Positions 7,930 through 11,017 of a stretch of DNA of 11,017 nucleotides are shown here, piece after piece; within the stretch, counting starts at the first letter, position 1, and each line of letters begins with the position of its first letter. The notes under the pieces were generated by a model. The model worked only from the letters and a program-made list of their open reading frames with translations, did not search any database and was not told where the DNA came from. The stretch is from Octopus sinensis. Lineage: Eukaryota. The translations under genes were made by a program, and so were the position numbers. The stretch covers positions 1-11,017 of the forward strand of contig NW_021827121.1 of the NCBI RefSeq assembly GCF_006345805.1, given 5' to 3'.

Positions 7930-8072
7930 TTTCCGTTTACCAAATCCAGTCATAACACTTTGGTCGACTCGAGGCCTACAGTCGAGGACACTGGAGCAAG
8001 GTTCTATGCAGTAGGACTGAACCCCGAATTATTCGGTTGGGAAGCAAGTTTCATACAACACAACCATGCGCT
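7927..8072 (-). mobile_element. 5' (tRNA-like head) portion of the same family-1 SINE
   Basis: Reverse complement reads GGGGTTCAGTCCTACTGCATAGAACCTTGCTCCAGTGTCCTCGACTGTAGGCCTCGAGTCGACCAAAGTGTTATGACTGGATTTGGTAAACGGAAAC, colinear with 533-627. B-box-like GGTTCAGTCC is present. Confidence 0.75.
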
Positions 8073-9016
8073 GTATCAAAGTGTGTGCGTTTATATGTGT
8101 GGTGGAATATATATCGCGTGTGTGAGTCATATGAATATTTTATTATGTTACAAGATGTTTTGGTAACAGTTGCAAGTGGCTAGCAAAAGACGAATTCGAA
8201 AGCTTTGCTTATACTAGTCATGAGGACTCACACGTTATTGAAGTCGACATGTAAACTTTGTCTAATGTTCGTGAATACTATACGACTTCTGTTGTACCGG
8301 TCTGTCTCTGAATTTTGATTGGTAGAGTGAAATGTATTTCTTGGTGAGTGAAACTTTACACAGCCTCCCGAAACGGCTAGAATTTGAAGACAAATCTCTT
8401 CCAAATTTCGCCCCGAATATACTGGATGAATTATTTATTCATGTTGTTCCCGTTGATGCCACTTTTATTATTGTTTATTTGTTTGTTTATTTATTTATTT
8501 ATCTATTTATTTATTCTTTATTCAATGTTACTTTGAAAATTACCATTATTTTTTCATCTCGACTTCTGACAAGACTAGAAAGAATTTCAGATTTCAAGTG
8601 CTTCTTTCGTTCTTGTTTCTTTTTCATTCTTGTCTTTCATTTTCCCTTTCCTTTTCTTTCGGTAGATTTTTTTTTTTTTTTTTGGCATTTAGTTACTTTC
8701 GCTCTTTTTGGGTTTTTTTTCCTATTTTCTTAACCGATATTTTTTTCTTTTATCCCATCTCCTTCGGTCTTTCTTTCCTTCTTTCTCTGACATCGTATTC
8801 AATCTCACTCCCCCTACCTTCTCCTACACAATATATCGCCCACCTGCGCCATTCACCATTCTCTCTCATCTTTTAAGTGACCGTTTTATTTGAATCTGCC
8901 ATTTCGTTTCTCTACTTCTACTTTTCTATATCATTTAACATCCCTCGACTCCTTCTTCAACCTAAACATCATCTTCGCTTCCACTACAGTCTATATGCGG
9001 ATATGTCCTTACATTC

Positions 9017-9176
9017 ATATATATATATATATGTATGCATGCATGTATGTATGTATGTATGTATGTATGTATGTATGTATGTATGTATGTATGTGTGTAT
9101 GTATGTATGTATATATGTATATATATAACATATATATATACCTATACATATATACGTATACATATATACATACATG

Positions 9177-9207
<31 letters not shown>

Positions 9208-9278
9208 CTATAGTATATATCTATATATAATATATATAGATATCTATATATATATATATAAATATAATATATATATAT
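9017..9278. repeat. (TA)n-(ATGT)n-(TA)n compound microsatellite
   Basis: (ATGT)n at about 9031-9110 with TA-rich flanks; directly visible. Confidence 0.95.
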
Positions 9279-9519
9279 AAATTTTGGTGTGGGATGGTGA
9301 GGGAGATACTACATCAGTCTAGTGTTACTGTTTACTTTTTTTTTTGCAGTGACATTGTTCTGCTTATTTTACATGTTTCTTGTTTTGTTTTCATCGAATA
9401 TTTTTTAAATAAAAAAAAAAATATCTATCTCATCACATATATTTTCGTTTTCCCCACTCTTACCTTCTACGTATTATGTTTTGTTCTTTATAGGAATGAA
9501 TGTAAGCACAGACGCACAT

Positions 9520-9722
9520 ATCTATGTATGCATCATATATATGTACATACATCCATTTATATTCATATGTATATATTATATATATATATATATATAGACA
9601 TACATACACAGTCAACATAGACATATAATACGTGTATGTATGCATGTATATATATATATATATATATGAATGATTTGTCTACATATGTATATGTATTTAT
9701 ATGTGTGTGTATATGTGTGTGC
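9520..9722. repeat. Degenerate (TA)/(ATGT)/(GT) microsatellite block
   Basis: Directly visible. Confidence 0.85.
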
Positions 9723-10095
9723 ATGTTTATTTTGCATAACTATATACAACATACTATTACTGCTACGCACAAACATTCAATCAAATGCACATACTCGCAC
9801 GTTCTCCTACAGAACTTAGTACACAACACTAACAACAATACAGAAACTGCACATCATACAATATTCTCCACCTGATGTTTTTACCGTCTCTCTTTTTGTT
9901 TTTGTTGTTGTTCTTGTAGTGGTTGTTTTTGCAGCCTTTCTTCACTTTCGTTGTCTTCCTCCACCTTTCTCTCCTCATCTCTTCTGCTTTTTTGTTTCCT
10001 CAGTTATGATTTCCTTTTGTCTTTTCTTCCTTTTTTTAACATTTTATTTCATCTCTTTCTTTTGTACCGTTTTTCCTTAGTTATGTTTTTATTTC

Positions 10096-10101
<6 letters not shown>

Positions 10102-10130
<29 letters not shown>
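10102..10130. repeat. (ATT)n microsatellite
   Basis: Directly visible. Confidence 0.95.
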
Positions 10131-10341
10131 TGTTTTGTTTTGTTTTTATTTTTTTGTTTTTTACTATATTTCCTCTTCGCATACCACATGATATAGATTC
10201 TCGCCACATTAATCCTATAAGAACCGTCATTACGTTTCTTCCCTTCAAGACAACGTTCCATCAACGGAACAGCGAAACTACCAACTGGAATTTTTTTCTT
10301 TCTCCTTTTCAAAATCTTTCTTCTATAGCTTTTGATATATC

Positions 10342-10343
<2 letters not shown>

Positions 10344-10391
<48 letters not shown>

Positions 10392-10413
10392 TATTATTAT
10401 TATTATTATTATT
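10344..10413. repeat. (ATT)n microsatellite
   Basis: About 22 ATT units with one interruption. Confidence 0.95.
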
Positions 10414-11017
10414 TATATATTTATTTAGTGCTTTATTTGTTCATTCATTTATTTGTTATACAAATTGTATTGAGAAAAAGTTCAATTCACTAGAGACTCA
10501 ACGTTTCACTGAATATTTCAACCTCAGGACAGACATGTTTCATTAATTTAGTATAATGCTCTTTAAATTTATTTATTATTATTATTTTTTTTATTTCTAT
10601 TTTTATTGTCTAAGTAAGTTATCGGACTTCTAGCTAGTATGCTCTGCGTTTGATAGTAACTCGCTCCTGATTTTGTATTATCATTGGGAATGATATTTAT
10701 CTATAGAGTTCTGTAAGATATTGTACATTGTTAAATAAAAGTATTAGGCATTGCTATTGTCATCACCATTACTATCCTATGAAGAACACACATACATAAA
10801 TAAGGTAATACAAACTATTTTATCGAGATTACCTAAGTTTCATGTATCGGGACACAATTTCAATTCGTCGTTTTGGGATAGGGCTCGGAAAAGTGCTTTT
10901 CTGTATTTGATGACGAGTATTCTGTTGTCCGATCAACCAAATTACCTGCTTCGAAGTTAACGTGTAAGTGGTTTTAGTATAGTTGTTAGTCAGAGTCAGC
11001 TCGCTACTGTGTGAAAA

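Noticed and set aside
71-10960. The many 60-230 aa ORFs rich in CV, YI, HT, ER, II or F/L repeats
   Set aside because: They are artefacts of stop-free frames in CA/GT, TA, TC, ATT and T-rich tracts.
1-11017. CRISPR arrays, rRNA or bona fide tRNA genes
   Set aside because: No regularly spaced repeat-spacer array and no rRNA-like sequence. The Pol III box motifs belong to SINE heads that do not form a cloverleaf by eye.

Overview
AT-rich, microsatellite-dense eukaryotic non-coding DNA (intronic or intergenic). The interspersed repeats resemble, from memory and not database-verified, octopus tRNA-derived SINE families, so an octopod genome is my best guess. I found no credible intact protein-coding gene; nearly all ORFs in the track are translations of simple repeats. 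Supported content: two copies of one SINE family (520-900 on +, and a minus-strand copy split into 7159-7407 and 7927-8072), a second SINE family copy (3171-3397), a decayed mariner (D,D34D-type) transposon of about 520 bp nested in the internal TA tract of the split SINE with an in-frame internal deletion, and a foldback palindrome of about 225 bp (2355-2579). The most interesting unexplained stretch is 6809-7017, where a 72-nt pre-miRNA-like hairpin and a second hairpin abut a compact cluster of promoter-type motifs. I cannot claim a new biological system; these are candidates to test.
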